A DNA stretch of 60,802 nt, filler included, from an uncultured bacterium (GCA_964644695.1; 3 parts of 2 records of this genome joined end to end with filler, not necessarily neighbours in it); one strand, 5' to 3'; numbered from the whole stretch's first letter, positions 29,915 to 40,166 are shown. Notes: generated by a model from the letters alone, not told the origin. Program-made: numbers and translations.

Positions 29915-32900
29915 TTATACAAAATCTTGTTTTTGCTCCTGAGAAGTTCTTCTTTCTAACCATTGGTCTAAATCTTTTTTACGAAACTTGTTTAATCGCC
30001 CAACTTTAACAAAGGGAATTTTCTTTTGAATAACCCAAGTGTAAAGAGTAGTAGCGCTTACTCCTAAATAGCTGGAAGCCTCTTTCATATCCAGTAATTG
30101 TTTCTGAGAGGTAATTTCCTCCGAAACATTAGAAGTCTCAGAAACTATAGCTATTGAATCTATCTTTTTTAAAAGGTCTTTTACCTGATGGGGACAACAA
30201 ACCTTAATTTGATGACGTTCTTTGATAGAAAAATGTTTTCGGATATTGCTATTTATAGCTTGAGCCCCATTTTCATCTGACCCAACGCAAAGAATATAAT
30301 CATAGCCGGCATCAAGGCATTTACGAATGTTGCCCATCTCATGTTCTGTATGCGTGGTCACAGAAATTTCAACGGCGATCTTAACATCTTCTTTGGATAA
30401 CCCTACATCTACACTGCCTAAAGTATGAGAAATCCTTTCCTCAATTTTTGCTTTCCAACCAAACAATATGGCTTGCTCTTTGATCATTAATTGGAACTGT
30501 TTATGAAGGTCGCCACCTTTGCCCGGGGAAGATATTCTATTAACTACTTCTAGACCCTTAGTGGTTAATTTGAGAACTTTCGCTAACCGCCCTTTCCCTC
30601 CTTGACGGGTTTCTTCTTGAGTAAGGTAACCTATTTTGATGAGATTAGTCTTCATCCGATCCCCTCTATATCCACTTAACTGGAGACTCTCATAAACCTT
30701 GGTAACAAATAGAGTCGGGTTTTGATGAATAAATCTTAAAAACATTGTCTCATCGGAGGAAAGGTTAGAATCCATATTTAACCCTATGCTCTCAATAGCC
30801 GTTTCCTCTAATACTTTTTCATCATTAGGGACTGGCGCATAAATGGTATTAGATCCCTTGTTATAGGATTGCTCCATATTAGAAGCATCATTCAAAGGCA
30901 GTAATTTATTAGAATACTTTTGTCTGGATAATTTAATTACGGTTTCTTTGTTTTTAGCTTTCATCTCGGTCGGTAGCTGGATTAATTGAGGAACAGTAAG
31001 ATTAAAATCTTGATCCGACTTTTCAACCCGAACAATAGCCTCCCCGACCCCCAAATTCTGAAAATCTTTAGATTCAAAATAGGTGAAACCATCAGCCAGT
31101 TTCTGCGCATCAGCATCCCCCAATCTAAAACATATTCTTGTTCCTGGATTAGAAAGAACTGAACTAGCTATTTCCACATCACGGCTTAAGATTTGCTTCA
31201 ACTCTTGATGAGCCAAGATAAGTCCCAAGTTATATTTGCGAGAGCCAGATAGAATAGAGGCCATTGAGGGAGTAATAAAGTTTTGAAATTCATCAATATA
31301 TAGATAATAAGGTTCTCTTTCTTCTGGACGTAACAATTGTCGGGCCATGGCAACTTGATGTATTTTAGACACAATCAGTGTTCCCAAGAGATAGGCATTC
31401 TCTTCCCCAATCAAACCCTGAGACAGCTTTGCTAAAAGAATCTTTCGATTGTTAAGGATATTGACAAAATCTAAGCCCTGTTTTTGCGCCATCATATTTC
31501 GGATAAGTTTGGGGCGAAGGAAAGAATCAAGCCGAGTAAGGACTGATGCCTGAGGCTTACCAGAAAGCAGTGGAAATTCTTTCTGCCAATAATAAACCAC
31601 TTCAGGATCTGTAACCGTCTGAAGAAAAGTATTCCTATAACCAGCTTCCACTAAAAATCTGCGTAGATCCAGTAAAGTACCTCCCTCTGGACTTTCTAAA
31701 AAAGCCAAGATGGAATTACTGAAAACAGATGTCATTTGGTCTCCCCAACTAGTAGATAATCTTTTAAAGACAGCTACCAAGTCTGAGGATAATACATTTT
31801 TTTCAATTTCAGAATGGGCGGATAATATATTCAGTCCAATAGGATACTCACTATCCGCTGGATCAAGAAGAACCACATCTTCATATCTATGCTCAGGAAT
31901 ACTCTCCGTAATTCGATCAATCAAATCTCCATGAGGGTCCAAAACAGTTACTCCCAATCCATTATTTATATCCTGAGTAATTAAGTTAAGAAGTAAGGTA
32001 GATTTCCCGGTCCCCGTAGCACCAATTACGTGTATATGTCTAAGGCGTTGGCTAGTATCCAGAGTAACGGGAAAAGACTCTCCTTGGTAGAGATTAGTAC
32101 CCAAGACCAGCTTATGCCCACGGGTAATCATAGGAGCCAACTTTGTTTTCTTAAGATCTCTGATCAATCTTGAAGAATGAACGCTGGCATCTGGAGGATG
32201 GACAAGAGAAATCAATTCCTGGCTATTAAGAATCATTCCTGAGCGATGTGTTTGGCGTAAAAGCACATCTTCTATATGTAAGGAATTATCGTAGTCTTCG
32301 TTGTTAAGTGGAATTAGTTCATTACTATTTGCATAAGAGGTATGTTTGAGTCCAGCAGCTAGGCTTCGAGCAATATCTAAGGTTCTGGACATATCGTTAC
32401 TTTGAACAATAAAGCGAATAATTACAGCATAGAGAGGCTTCTTAACCTTCTCCTCAGCTAAGGGGAGCATTTCCGGTGCATCAATATAAAAAGATTTTCC
32501 TTCGTAATCCGTAACTGATCTTAAAATATCTTCCCGCCAAGGATTGCAACAAGGTTGATAAATAACTTGAAACGCCCCCAACTCATTAGACCTCAATCCT
32601 TCCAATGCTCCAATGATACCAATCAGAGGATCTGTTAATAAATCATGGTACCGGCAAAGGGGACGCATGAATTCTTGAGACAACCCAAAATCTACTATGA
32701 GTGTTTCCTTTTGATCGTTCCACAGGGTTTTAAGATAATGGAAATTATCTTGCAGTACTGCTTCTGGGAAATAAGCTTTTAGTTGTAGGGCTAAAGACGC
32801 AGAATCGTTTTGGTGACAAACAAATTGAGTCAAGATTGAATCCCCTGACCCAATTATTTCAAAGCTTATAGGTCGGGAACCATAGGGCTGATTTAAAAGA

Positions 32901-33277
32901 CAGGCTTCCGCACTTTGCAGATTATATTTAATCTTAGGTGGTAGAGAAATAGCTATTTCATGTAAATCAGAAGGGCATCTAGGAACTATTTTGGCCGGCA
33001 ATATATTGTAATCTTCATAATACGAAGGACCCATCAACTCGTTTGATTTCTTATCAGCGCTTAATCCAGATATCTTGTCTACAAAACTACTAAGGAAAGT
33101 ATGTCTTTTGCCATCGTCTACACAAACCGGTCCTACTTGCTGAGCCCGATGATAGAAAGGAATATATGGAGGCTCTGCGGTAACCGGATAGCCCCAGACT
33201 TGCCACCCTCGCCCACGCCTTTCCCAAAGATTAAAGTTGAGAGTAAGCTGTTCGATTAAAGTTTGTGGATAACACAT
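29915..33277 (-). CDS. VirD4/TrwB-like (HerA/FtsK superfamily) ATPase fused to wHTH, PD-(D/E)XK-like and C-terminal HTH_17 excisionase domains
   Basis: Walker A GATGTGKST, LDPHGDL, Walker B YIDEFQNF, RKYNLGLILAHQ; VDVGLSKEDVKIAVEIS; LLDMKEASSYLGVSATTLYTWVIQKKIPFVKVGRLNKFRKKDLDQW. Confidence 0.85.
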   Translation of the reverse strand: MCYPQTLIEQLTLNFNLWERRGRGWQVWGYPVTAEPPYIPFYHRAQQVGPVCVDDGKRHTFLSSFVDKISGLSADKKSNELMGPSYYEDYNILPAKIVPRCPSDLHEIAISLPPKIKYNLQSAEACLLNQPYGSRPISFEIIGSGDSILTQFVCHQNDSASLALQLKAYFPEAVLQDNFHYLKTLWNDQKETLIVDFGLSQEFMRPLCRYHDLLTDPLIGIIGALEGLRSNELGAFQVIYQPCCNPWREDILRSVTDYEGKSFYIDAPEMLPLAEEKVKKPLYAVIIRFIVQSNDMSRTLDIARSLAAGLKHTSYANSNELIPLNNEDYDNSLHIEDVLLRQTHRSGMILNSQELISLVHPPDASVHSSRLIRDLKKTKLAPMITRGHKLVLGTNLYQGESFPVTLDTSQRLRHIHVIGATGTGKSTLLLNLITQDINNGLGVTVLDPHGDLIDRITESIPEHRYEDVVLLDPADSEYPIGLNILSAHSEIEKNVLSSDLVAVFKRLSTSWGDQMTSVFSNSILAFLESPEGGTLLDLRRFLVEAGYRNTFLQTVTDPEVVYYWQKEFPLLSGKPQASVLTRLDSFLRPKLIRNMMAQKQGLDFVNILNNRKILLAKLSQGLIGEENAYLLGTLIVSKIHQVAMARQLLRPEEREPYYLYIDEFQNFITPSMASILSGSRKYNLGLILAHQELKQILSRDVEIASSVLSNPGTRICFRLGDADAQKLADGFTYFESKDFQNLGVGEAIVRVEKSDQDFNLTVPQLIQLPTEMKAKNKETVIKLSRQKYSNKLLPLNDASNMEQSYNKGSNTIYAPVPNDEKVLEETAIESIGLNMDSNLSSDETMFLRFIHQNPTLFVTKVYESLQLSGYRGDRMKTNLIKIGYLTQEETRQGGKGRLAKVLKLTTKGLEVVNRISSPGKGGDLHKQFQLMIKEQAILFGWKAKIEERISHTLGSVDVGLSKEDVKIAVEISVTTHTEHEMGNIRKCLDAGYDYILCVGSDENGAQAINSNIRKHFSIKERHQIKVCCPHQVKDLLKKIDSIAIVSETSNVSEEITSQKQLLDMKEASSYLGVSATTLYTWVIQKKIPFVKVGRLNKFRKKDLDQWLERRTSQEQKQDFV

Positions 33278-33281
33278 CTCG

Positions 33282-33797
33282 TTATCCAGAGATATTATTA
33301 CTTGAGAACATCTGTGACATGACGGGTTTTCGCTCTAGCTCTGTTAAAGCTCGAAGACCATGACTATTTGTTATTTCATCCACCACATCTATCACCGCAC
33401 TGTGAACAATGTTTTGAAACATTAAAGTCGTATCCAAATGATAATAAGTTGCTGGCTTAAAAAGTCGGTGCATAAGACCACCCAACAATGGGATACTTGT
33501 TACAAGACTCCAAAATATTCCTAAAGACTCGCCTAACCACCAAGACACAAAATATCCATCCCCAAAAGGAGCCGCACAGATATCAAAGATAAGTTCTTTT
33601 CTCTGGACCCGGAAATACTCTCGCTTGGCAGAGAATATTCCTCCTTCACTATACACAATTCGACTAACTTTGGTATCCGGAACTTCCCGTAATTGGATTA
33701 CTCTTTCCAAGGATTGATAAAACTGTAAAGGAGTCCCTTGATATCCATCTAACATATGGTGCCAATGAGACAAAACCGCTGCGACTTTGCGAGACAT
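33282..33797 (-). CDS. Hypothetical protein coupled to the VirD4-like ATPase
   Basis: GGAGG RBS; ends 4 bp before the ATPase start; EGGIFSAKREY...FDICAAPFG..YFVSWWL followed by a hydrophobic helix. Confidence 0.75.
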   Translation of the reverse strand: MSRKVAAVLSHWHHMLDGYQGTPLQFYQSLERVIQLREVPDTKVSRIVYSEGGIFSAKREYFRVQRKELIFDICAAPFGDGYFVSWWLGESLGIFWSLVTSIPLLGGLMHRLFKPATYYHLDTTLMFQNIVHSAVIDVVDEITNSHGLRALTELERKPVMSQMFSSNNISG

Positions 33798-33871
33798 AAG
33801 GCTAACCTCCAAAATTAAGGTGACATCGTACAATTAAAGATCATGTTTAATTGTTCTACTACAAAAAACGA

Positions 33872-34951
33872 CTAATCTTCACAAATAATCCGCAAGTGGG
33901 TCATTCCATGAATAACCTGGCGAGGAGTTCCCTGGTATTGGTAATACCGGATTAACCCCGATGGAGTAAAAGCATCCTCCACCTTGCCAGTTATCTCCGG
34001 TAGATCTTCCCACTCCCCATCATCTATTCTCATCTGGACTTTCATCCCCGGTGTAAATAATCCCGAAAAGAGAGGGTATTGTCCTTCTAAAGACTTATCT
34101 TTAATATTCAAAGGCCCTACAACCATCCATTGAGTTCTTGTCAGAGTATCTTTGATCATTTCGTCGTCCATGGCATGTACTGAGGGTATTATCTGAAATC
34201 CTCCTCGAGTTTCCAGAGCATTCTTTCGTTCATTTTCATCCTTTGGAGCAGTTGAAATACATATCACTCCTGGATGATTAGCTCTGACTTTGGACCCGGG
34301 CATATATTGTGACCCCTCAAATCGGCCAGTCCCCATGACAGGTCTTAATACACGGGCAAGTATACGTTTTTGCCCTCTTGAATTCATACCCACAACCCTG
34401 CCATCATACCGGTTTTCAAACCATATTTGCTTGTATTCTCGAGTTCTTCTAGAACCTTTTATAATCCATTCATCGCCTAATTGAGGTGTATAATCTTGCG
34501 AAATTAATTGGGGCGTATTATTTTTTCGAGAAACAAACACCTTATCTCCTACCTTGGGAGACAATTCTCCAAATATCCCCAAACCTCCAGAAATATCTGT
34601 TTGAATTGCCCCTGTCATGTCCCGAAGATAAATATTCTCATTTGTTTCTGACTCCTTGGGAGCTAGAGTCAGAATACTCGTTTTTTCTGAGCGTTCCGAT
34701 TTTCTGACCAATATGTGTAGAGCATTAGAAGAAACACCTACTGCCGATCCCGGAACGCCCCATTTAGTTGCCCGGTAGCCATCAGAAACACCTATTTCTG
34801 CAGGTTTAATTACTCGGCCAATAGTTTGTTTCCCCCAAGCATCCTCTGTCCAAATAAATCCTCCGGACTGATTCTCAATATGCAGATCAAAGGAATGGGC
34901 AAAAGAAAGCCCCATGATAAATATCATGAGGCTGCATAAGCTGTATTTCAT
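33872..34951 (-). CDS. Secreted hypothetical protein
   Basis: Signal peptide MKYSLCSLMIFIMGLSFAHS; motif-rich body (GRFEGSQY, RANHPGVICIST, GGFQIIP, QWMVVGP). Confidence 0.7.
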   Translation of the reverse strand: MKYSLCSLMIFIMGLSFAHSFDLHIENQSGGFIWTEDAWGKQTIGRVIKPAEIGVSDGYRATKWGVPGSAVGVSSNALHILVRKSERSEKTSILTLAPKESETNENIYLRDMTGAIQTDISGGLGIFGELSPKVGDKVFVSRKNNTPQLISQDYTPQLGDEWIIKGSRRTREYKQIWFENRYDGRVVGMNSRGQKRILARVLRPVMGTGRFEGSQYMPGSKVRANHPGVICISTAPKDENERKNALETRGGFQIIPSVHAMDDEMIKDTLTRTQWMVVGPLNIKDKSLEGQYPLFSGLFTPGMKVQMRIDDGEWEDLPEITGKVEDAFTPSGLIRYYQYQGTPRQVIHGMTHLRIICED

Positions 34952-34967
34952 ATACGATCCACGCACT

Positions 34968-35933
34968 CTATTCTTTTATCTTTTGAATATTCTTTAGACT
35001 TTTCAAAGCAAGATCTCTAATGGGGTATTCAATGACCGTTTCTTTGCGAAGTTCTCTTTCTGGATTCGCACGGCTCTCACGGACAATGGATATATGATAT
35101 TCATCTTTAGATAGTCTCTCTAAATACTTAAGCGCCTCTACCTTGCCTCGATTATAGAAAACTTCCAGAGAACCAATACAATCTCTTCTCTTACTCATGT
35201 CATCACTTAATGCACATTTCACTAATGCCTGGTAAGCCTCATCAGAATCCTTGTCATTGAAATACTTTATACAACCCAATACGGATGGCATCTCGGTCAA
35301 ATCCCCATTCTTCAGATGGCTCTTTAGATGATTAAAGGATTTCTCTGAGCCACACACACTCATATCAGCAAGTAAAATCCCACTCAATAATGGCGTTTCT
35401 TTGATTACGATATGGTCCTCGTATTTTTCCAAAACCTCAAAAGATTCAGGCCCACACCCCTGGATACTGGCAAGAATAAAAGCGATATCACTCCTTCGAT
35501 AAGAGTCATTGTGATTCTTGCGAGTATTATTTTTGATCTCTTCCCAAATCTGGATTTCCTTATCTAATCTTGCCTTAAGTATCTTCTCCAACGGCTTCAT
35601 TAGGGTGGGATTTTTGTGGATGCCTCCAATAGCCTCGTCAAGAACATCACCCTCCTTTTCATTATCCAACATCCACAAAAAGGCTTCTTGGGTTTGAGGG
35701 GCATTCTTTTTTACAATTCTCAAGGTTGCAGCGGCATCCGAACGCTTCCACGGGTCTGGATCATGTTTCATCTCCTCAATAAATTTCAGGTGGAGCTCAC
35801 CCCCATCCGGACAATTTATCAGCTGCTCCACAATGTCCATCTTCTCCTCAACTTCTGCTGCTTGAGACTTTGGCAAAAAAGAACTACCCAAAACAACTAT
35901 TACGACCATACATAATATTCTAAACTTTTTCAT
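34968..35933 (-). CDS. Secreted HEAT-repeat-like protein
   Basis: Signal peptide; HDPDPWKRSDAAATL, SDDMSKRRDCIGSL and YPIRDLALKSL HEAT-like segments. Confidence 0.7.
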   Translation of the reverse strand: MKKFRILCMVVIVVLGSSFLPKSQAAEVEEKMDIVEQLINCPDGGELHLKFIEEMKHDPDPWKRSDAAATLRIVKKNAPQTQEAFLWMLDNEKEGDVLDEAIGGIHKNPTLMKPLEKILKARLDKEIQIWEEIKNNTRKNHNDSYRRSDIAFILASIQGCGPESFEVLEKYEDHIVIKETPLLSGILLADMSVCGSEKSFNHLKSHLKNGDLTEMPSVLGCIKYFNDKDSDEAYQALVKCALSDDMSKRRDCIGSLEVFYNRGKVEALKYLERLSKDEYHISIVRESRANPERELRKETVIEYPIRDLALKSLKNIQKIKE

Positions 35934-37406
35934 TTAAAAATCCCTCTCAATACTATCCCAGTTTGTTGTATTTGGATTATATATCCAAAATGTCCCAGAC
36001 CAATTTGGTCCACCATTATCTCGCAAATAAGTTCCGTCATCTACCTTTTGCATCTCTCTTTGTAAATTACTCTCGACTTTATTTACTTTCTGTTCAGCTC
36101 TTGCAAGGACAGTATTTCTAGACTCTGCAACTATTCTTTCAAGACACTTATAAATATCATATAATCTGTCAGTATCACTTTCTGTATAATCATGGTCATA
36201 AAGCATCCTATATTCCATTATTCCCATATGTCCGATAAATGCATTTAGCCCATATCCTTCGTGAAGTATAAGGGCATCCAATAACGCATCTGAATTCATA
36301 TTAAAGGGTGTCGTTTCCATATGTTCATGCCATCTAACATTAGGTGGATTGGGAAGAGTAAGACTACAATTAGCATATAGCCAAGGATTTATCCATGACT
36401 GCCTGCTTAGGCTAAAGTGTACATTTGATATATACCATCTTCCTCGGTTAGGGCCATAATCATCTACCATTTCAATGTCATAACCACCATCCGTTTCATC
36501 AGTAATATTGTACGGCACTATTATCAGTTTTTTGTTTTGATACTCAACAGCGGTAAACATAGAATATAACCAACCTGTTGGAAGATTCTCACCAAACAAA
36601 TATCTACGTCCGTTATCCATAGGATACTTAACCCATTCAGGAGCAACAACAGCACTACTATCGAAATACTTAGGGCAAGTCCAGTTTCTCGGAACAATTT
36701 TTGTAGTCATTGCCTCATAAATAGTAATAGTGCTATTTGAATCAAAAGGACTAACAAACTTTACATACAAATACATCTGAGTGGGTTCAACTATTTTCCC
36801 CTCCCATCTTTCAGTTAAAGTTGTTAAATTTCTATCAGTACTCCACTTTTGATAGGTTGGAGTGAAACCTCTTTGTTGATATGAATATTTGCCAATCTCT
36901 CCTCGTACTTTGCTTTCTGGCCCAATTATTGATGTTAGTGAATAAGTCATAAATCGATAGGTTGTTGATCCTGTTCCACCATTATAAGAACAAGGGGTAC
37001 ATCCATTCGGGTGATTACTCCATCCACACCCACAGTCACAATCTTTAATTCCACCAACACTAAGAGTGATATAATGTTCACCCCTACTACTTGTTCGATA
37101 GGTTATCTCGCAAACACTAACCACTTCGCCGTTGAAGGTTGTGCTTCTAGAAAAGTCAACTGCATCAATAATTACATTAGCAGAAGAATTAATAGAAACT
37201 GTTTCCTCACAATGATATTGATTACATTGAGCGGGGTTTTTCAACACATAAAACTCAACTTTTCCTATATCGGTGGTCATAACACCCCAATTTATTGTGG
37301 TGATTTCACTTGATCGATCCAATAATACTTCAGGATATGCCTGACATCCTTCCCAAGATATAATTGTCATCAAGCAAATAATAAGAATCTTGGTTATAAG
37401 CTTCAT
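35934..37406 (-). CDS. Secreted hypothetical protein with a Cys-rich loop and a possible C-terminal metal-binding motif
   Basis: Signal peptide; CDCGCGWSNHPNGCTPC; LILHEGYG...GHMG; stop abuts the next ATG. Confidence 0.65.
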   Translation of the reverse strand: MKLITKILIICLMTIISWEGCQAYPEVLLDRSSEITTINWGVMTTDIGKVEFYVLKNPAQCNQYHCEETVSINSSANVIIDAVDFSRSTTFNGEVVSVCEITYRTSSRGEHYITLSVGGIKDCDCGCGWSNHPNGCTPCSYNGGTGSTTYRFMTYSLTSIIGPESKVRGEIGKYSYQQRGFTPTYQKWSTDRNLTTLTERWEGKIVEPTQMYLYVKFVSPFDSNSTITIYEAMTTKIVPRNWTCPKYFDSSAVVAPEWVKYPMDNGRRYLFGENLPTGWLYSMFTAVEYQNKKLIIVPYNITDETDGGYDIEMVDDYGPNRGRWYISNVHFSLSRQSWINPWLYANCSLTLPNPPNVRWHEHMETTPFNMNSDALLDALILHEGYGLNAFIGHMGIMEYRMLYDHDYTESDTDRLYDIYKCLERIVAESRNTVLARAEQKVNKVESNLQREMQKVDDGTYLRDNGGPNWSGTFWIYNPNTTNWDSIERDF

Positions 37407-37417
37407 AAATCCCCCCC

Positions 37418-38752
37418 CTATTCGACTTTCCTGCTCTTTACCTCTAACACAGCTAAATAATTCTTATATTCCTGCTCATATGCTGGATTAGGATGGTTCT
37501 CTATTTCGTTTTTCAACCATTGATAGGCTAACTCTGGCTTGCTTTCAGTTAAATAAGATCGGGTAATGGCATTCATCGCCCTAAACCTTCCTTTGGGATA
37601 AGGGTATTGATTCAAAAGTTCTGCTTCTTTACGTAGCTCACTTCCCATCTTCTCTTGATTAATTAAAATATCTACTATCTCTTCCTGAGCCTCATTACAA
37701 TGATTATTCGTGGGAAAAGCTGTTAATATAGTTCTGAATTTATCAATAGAGGTGGGATAGTCTTTCAACTTCTTATAGCACCGACCTAACATCATTACGC
37801 AATCATCCGCCATTTTATAATCTCGGAAAGAATCAAATACTTCCTGGTAATACATAGCCGCTTTCCTGTAATCAGATTGTTTATAATAAGTAGCCTCTCC
37901 TGCCACCTTTAAAGCTTCTGGTAGTATATTCCGCACACCGGCATCTGCAATCATCTGATTGGAAGTCTCCGGATTTGTAGTTTTGCTGGAGAGGTAATAA
38001 TCAGCCAGGTCTTTACGCGCCTCAAAAGATAACTCCTCAGTTGGCCACGTTTTAATAATCTTTCCATACAGCTGAGCAGAAGCCAGTCCCTGATTCTTTT
38101 GACCGAGGATTTTAGCTTTATATAGCAAAGCTCCGGGGTATGACTTAGAGTCAGAATATTGACTGATCAGTTCATTTGCACAAATTAATGCCTTATCATA
38201 ATCCTGTTTTTTATATGCCAAAGTAGCCGAGAACATCAAGCTTTCTGGAGCCACAGCTTTCACTTCACTATCACTCACTATTTTATTAAATAATTCTGGC
38301 TGATTAGATTTCAGTGAGAAGTAAAGGTTTGATAATTCTTTCCGAGCTTCAGAAGACCGGTTCTCGTTAGGATACGTCTTGATTACTAAAGAATATGTTC
38401 CAATGGCAGAAACAGAATCGCTTAACTCTTTCTGGCAGTTTGCCATCATCATCATTGAGCTACCACGGTACTTACAGTCTGGATAGTTTTCTACAATATT
38501 CCTAAATTCTGATAAAGCCTGCTGGTAATTCTTTTGCTTGTAGTAACTGTGTCCCAAAATATTCAGAGCTTGATCCCTTACTTCTATTGGTACAGTCTTG
38601 GCAGCTAACATTGTCCTTGCTTGTGTTGCCGCTTCATCATATTTCCCCTGGTTAAACAAACTTTGAGCGGGTACGGCTGTTTCCTGTGCCCACAATACTG
38701 AACACATTAATACGGTGGGAATAATTAGTACAAAGGGCAATTTCAATTGCAT
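37418..38752 (-). CDS. Secreted TPR protein (BamD/YbgF-like repeats)
   Basis: Signal peptide ending ...VLWA; repeated LGHSYY...IVENYP, VIKTYP, LISQYS, IIKTWP, ILTAFP; AGGAGGAG RBS. Confidence 0.85.
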   Translation of the reverse strand: MQLKLPFVLIIPTVLMCSVLWAQETAVPAQSLFNQGKYDEAATQARTMLAAKTVPIEVRDQALNILGHSYYKQKNYQQALSEFRNIVENYPDCKYRGSSMMMMANCQKELSDSVSAIGTYSLVIKTYPNENRSSEARKELSNLYFSLKSNQPELFNKIVSDSEVKAVAPESLMFSATLAYKKQDYDKALICANELISQYSDSKSYPGALLYKAKILGQKNQGLASAQLYGKIIKTWPTEELSFEARKDLADYYLSSKTTNPETSNQMIADAGVRNILPEALKVAGEATYYKQSDYRKAAMYYQEVFDSFRDYKMADDCVMMLGRCYKKLKDYPTSIDKFRTILTAFPTNNHCNEAQEEIVDILINQEKMGSELRKEAELLNQYPYPKGRFRAMNAITRSYLTESKPELAYQWLKNEIENHPNPAYEQEYKNYLAVLEVKSRKVE

Positions 38753-38780
38753 TCGTCTCCTCCTGTTTTATTATGCCCCG

Positions 38781-38810
38781 ATTATAGGAAAACGAAATAC
38801 AAATTGTCAA
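38781..38810 (-). promoter_or_regulatory. Consensus sigma70 promoter of the island's leftward operon
   Basis: Minus strand TTGACA-18 nt-TATAAT, ~28 bp upstream of the TPR gene start. Confidence 0.75.
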
Positions 38811-39029
38811 CATTTATTATTCTCAAAAATTATTCTGTTATCTTAAAATAAACAACAAAATACTTTTACCAACTAAAAACCACATAGACCAACATATTAG
38901 ATAAATAAATCACTGAATAACAGTAAATAAAAATTATTAATTCATTATAATATCCAGAATTTTGAAGTATAATGAGGGGCAAAAGATTAATATAGATACT
39001 TACTATTTGAACGAGAAGGAGATCAAAAG

Positions 39030-40166
39030 ATGCCAGCCAATATTGCTCATATGTTAATTTGCCAGAATGCCTTTAAGCGGGCTTGCGATATTCTTAAACC
39101 TAAATATTTTTCTGTCCTCAGGGTTATCAAACAAGATCAAGATTACCAATGTTGTAATTGTCGTACTTATCTAAATCTGGGTAGCATGGGACCAGACATA
39201 TTCTTATATACCTCAGGATTATTACGTTCTTATCTGGCGATTTCCAAAGATAAAAGCAAGTCGGCAACAGGTGTTGAACCCTGGAGCTACTATCTGCATT
39301 CCTGCGATGCCAGGCTATTTCCAACCGCAATGATTAGTATTTTATTTAAAGATTCTGACTTGCAAAACAACTCGACACATTTTCCTTCCGACGATTACAA
39401 AAAAATGGCATTTATTATCGGTTACCTTACACATATTGCCGCTGATCAAATAATCCATCCTGAAGTAAATAAGTTGACGGGACCATATTATCTAGAAGGT
39501 GGAAATCGGGAAGAACATCGGGATATTGAAATTAGTCAGGATTATTTTCTCTATCGTTCACTATATCCCTATAAAAGCAATACAAATAGTCCCAATGACT
39601 TTTTTAAACAAGATTTTAAATCATGGGCTAATGTCTTAAGCCCGGGGAAAAATGAATGTGAAGATGCTTTTATATATTTTTTACAACGCTCTTTTTCAGA
39701 ATCCATGTATTCTTGCCCATCTGACGAGGTAATAACAAAATCTGTTGAAAACTTGCTAGGGAAAGTCCTTAATTTATGCAACAACCAATTTATAAGTCCA
39801 TACAAAGACACTGCTGATAATTTTATTGACAATGAGAATTCCTTGTTTAAATCAGCTTTTTTGGATTTTAAATATGCTTATTATTATCGAATGGCAGTCG
39901 AGTTAGCAACCATCTACATTATTGCTTTTGTTGAAGGATTTGAATTACTGAAAAAGAAAGACCAGAAAGGTTTTCTAGATCGTTTTAATTCCATCATTAA
40001 TTCTGCAGATTTAGGTTCTCCATTAGTAGACAACATCCTTAACGATTCAGCTGAGGCCCTGTTAAGAAATCCAGATATTAATAACGATTGGTTTAACCCT
40101 GGTAAATTTATTTTAAAGATAGAAGATATCAAAAAAATCAAATACCAAGATTTGTTTATTTCTTAA
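39030..40166 (+). CDS. Zinc-dependent phospholipase C family protein
   Basis: MPANIAH, LGSMGPD, LH, GYLTHIAADQIIHP and HRDIE Zn-ligand pattern; AAGGAG RBS. Confidence 0.8.
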   Translation: MPANIAHMLICQNAFKRACDILKPKYFSVLRVIKQDQDYQCCNCRTYLNLGSMGPDIFLYTSGLLRSYLAISKDKSKSATGVEPWSYYLHSCDARLFPTAMISILFKDSDLQNNSTHFPSDDYKKMAFIIGYLTHIAADQIIHPEVNKLTGPYYLEGGNREEHRDIEISQDYFLYRSLYPYKSNTNSPNDFFKQDFKSWANVLSPGKNECEDAFIYFLQRSFSESMYSCPSDEVITKSVENLLGKVLNLCNNQFISPYKDTADNFIDNENSLFKSAFLDFKYAYYYRMAVELATIYIIAFVEGFELLKKKDQKGFLDRFNSIINSADLGSPLVDNILNDSAEALLRNPDINNDWFNPGKFILKIEDIKKIKYQDLFIS

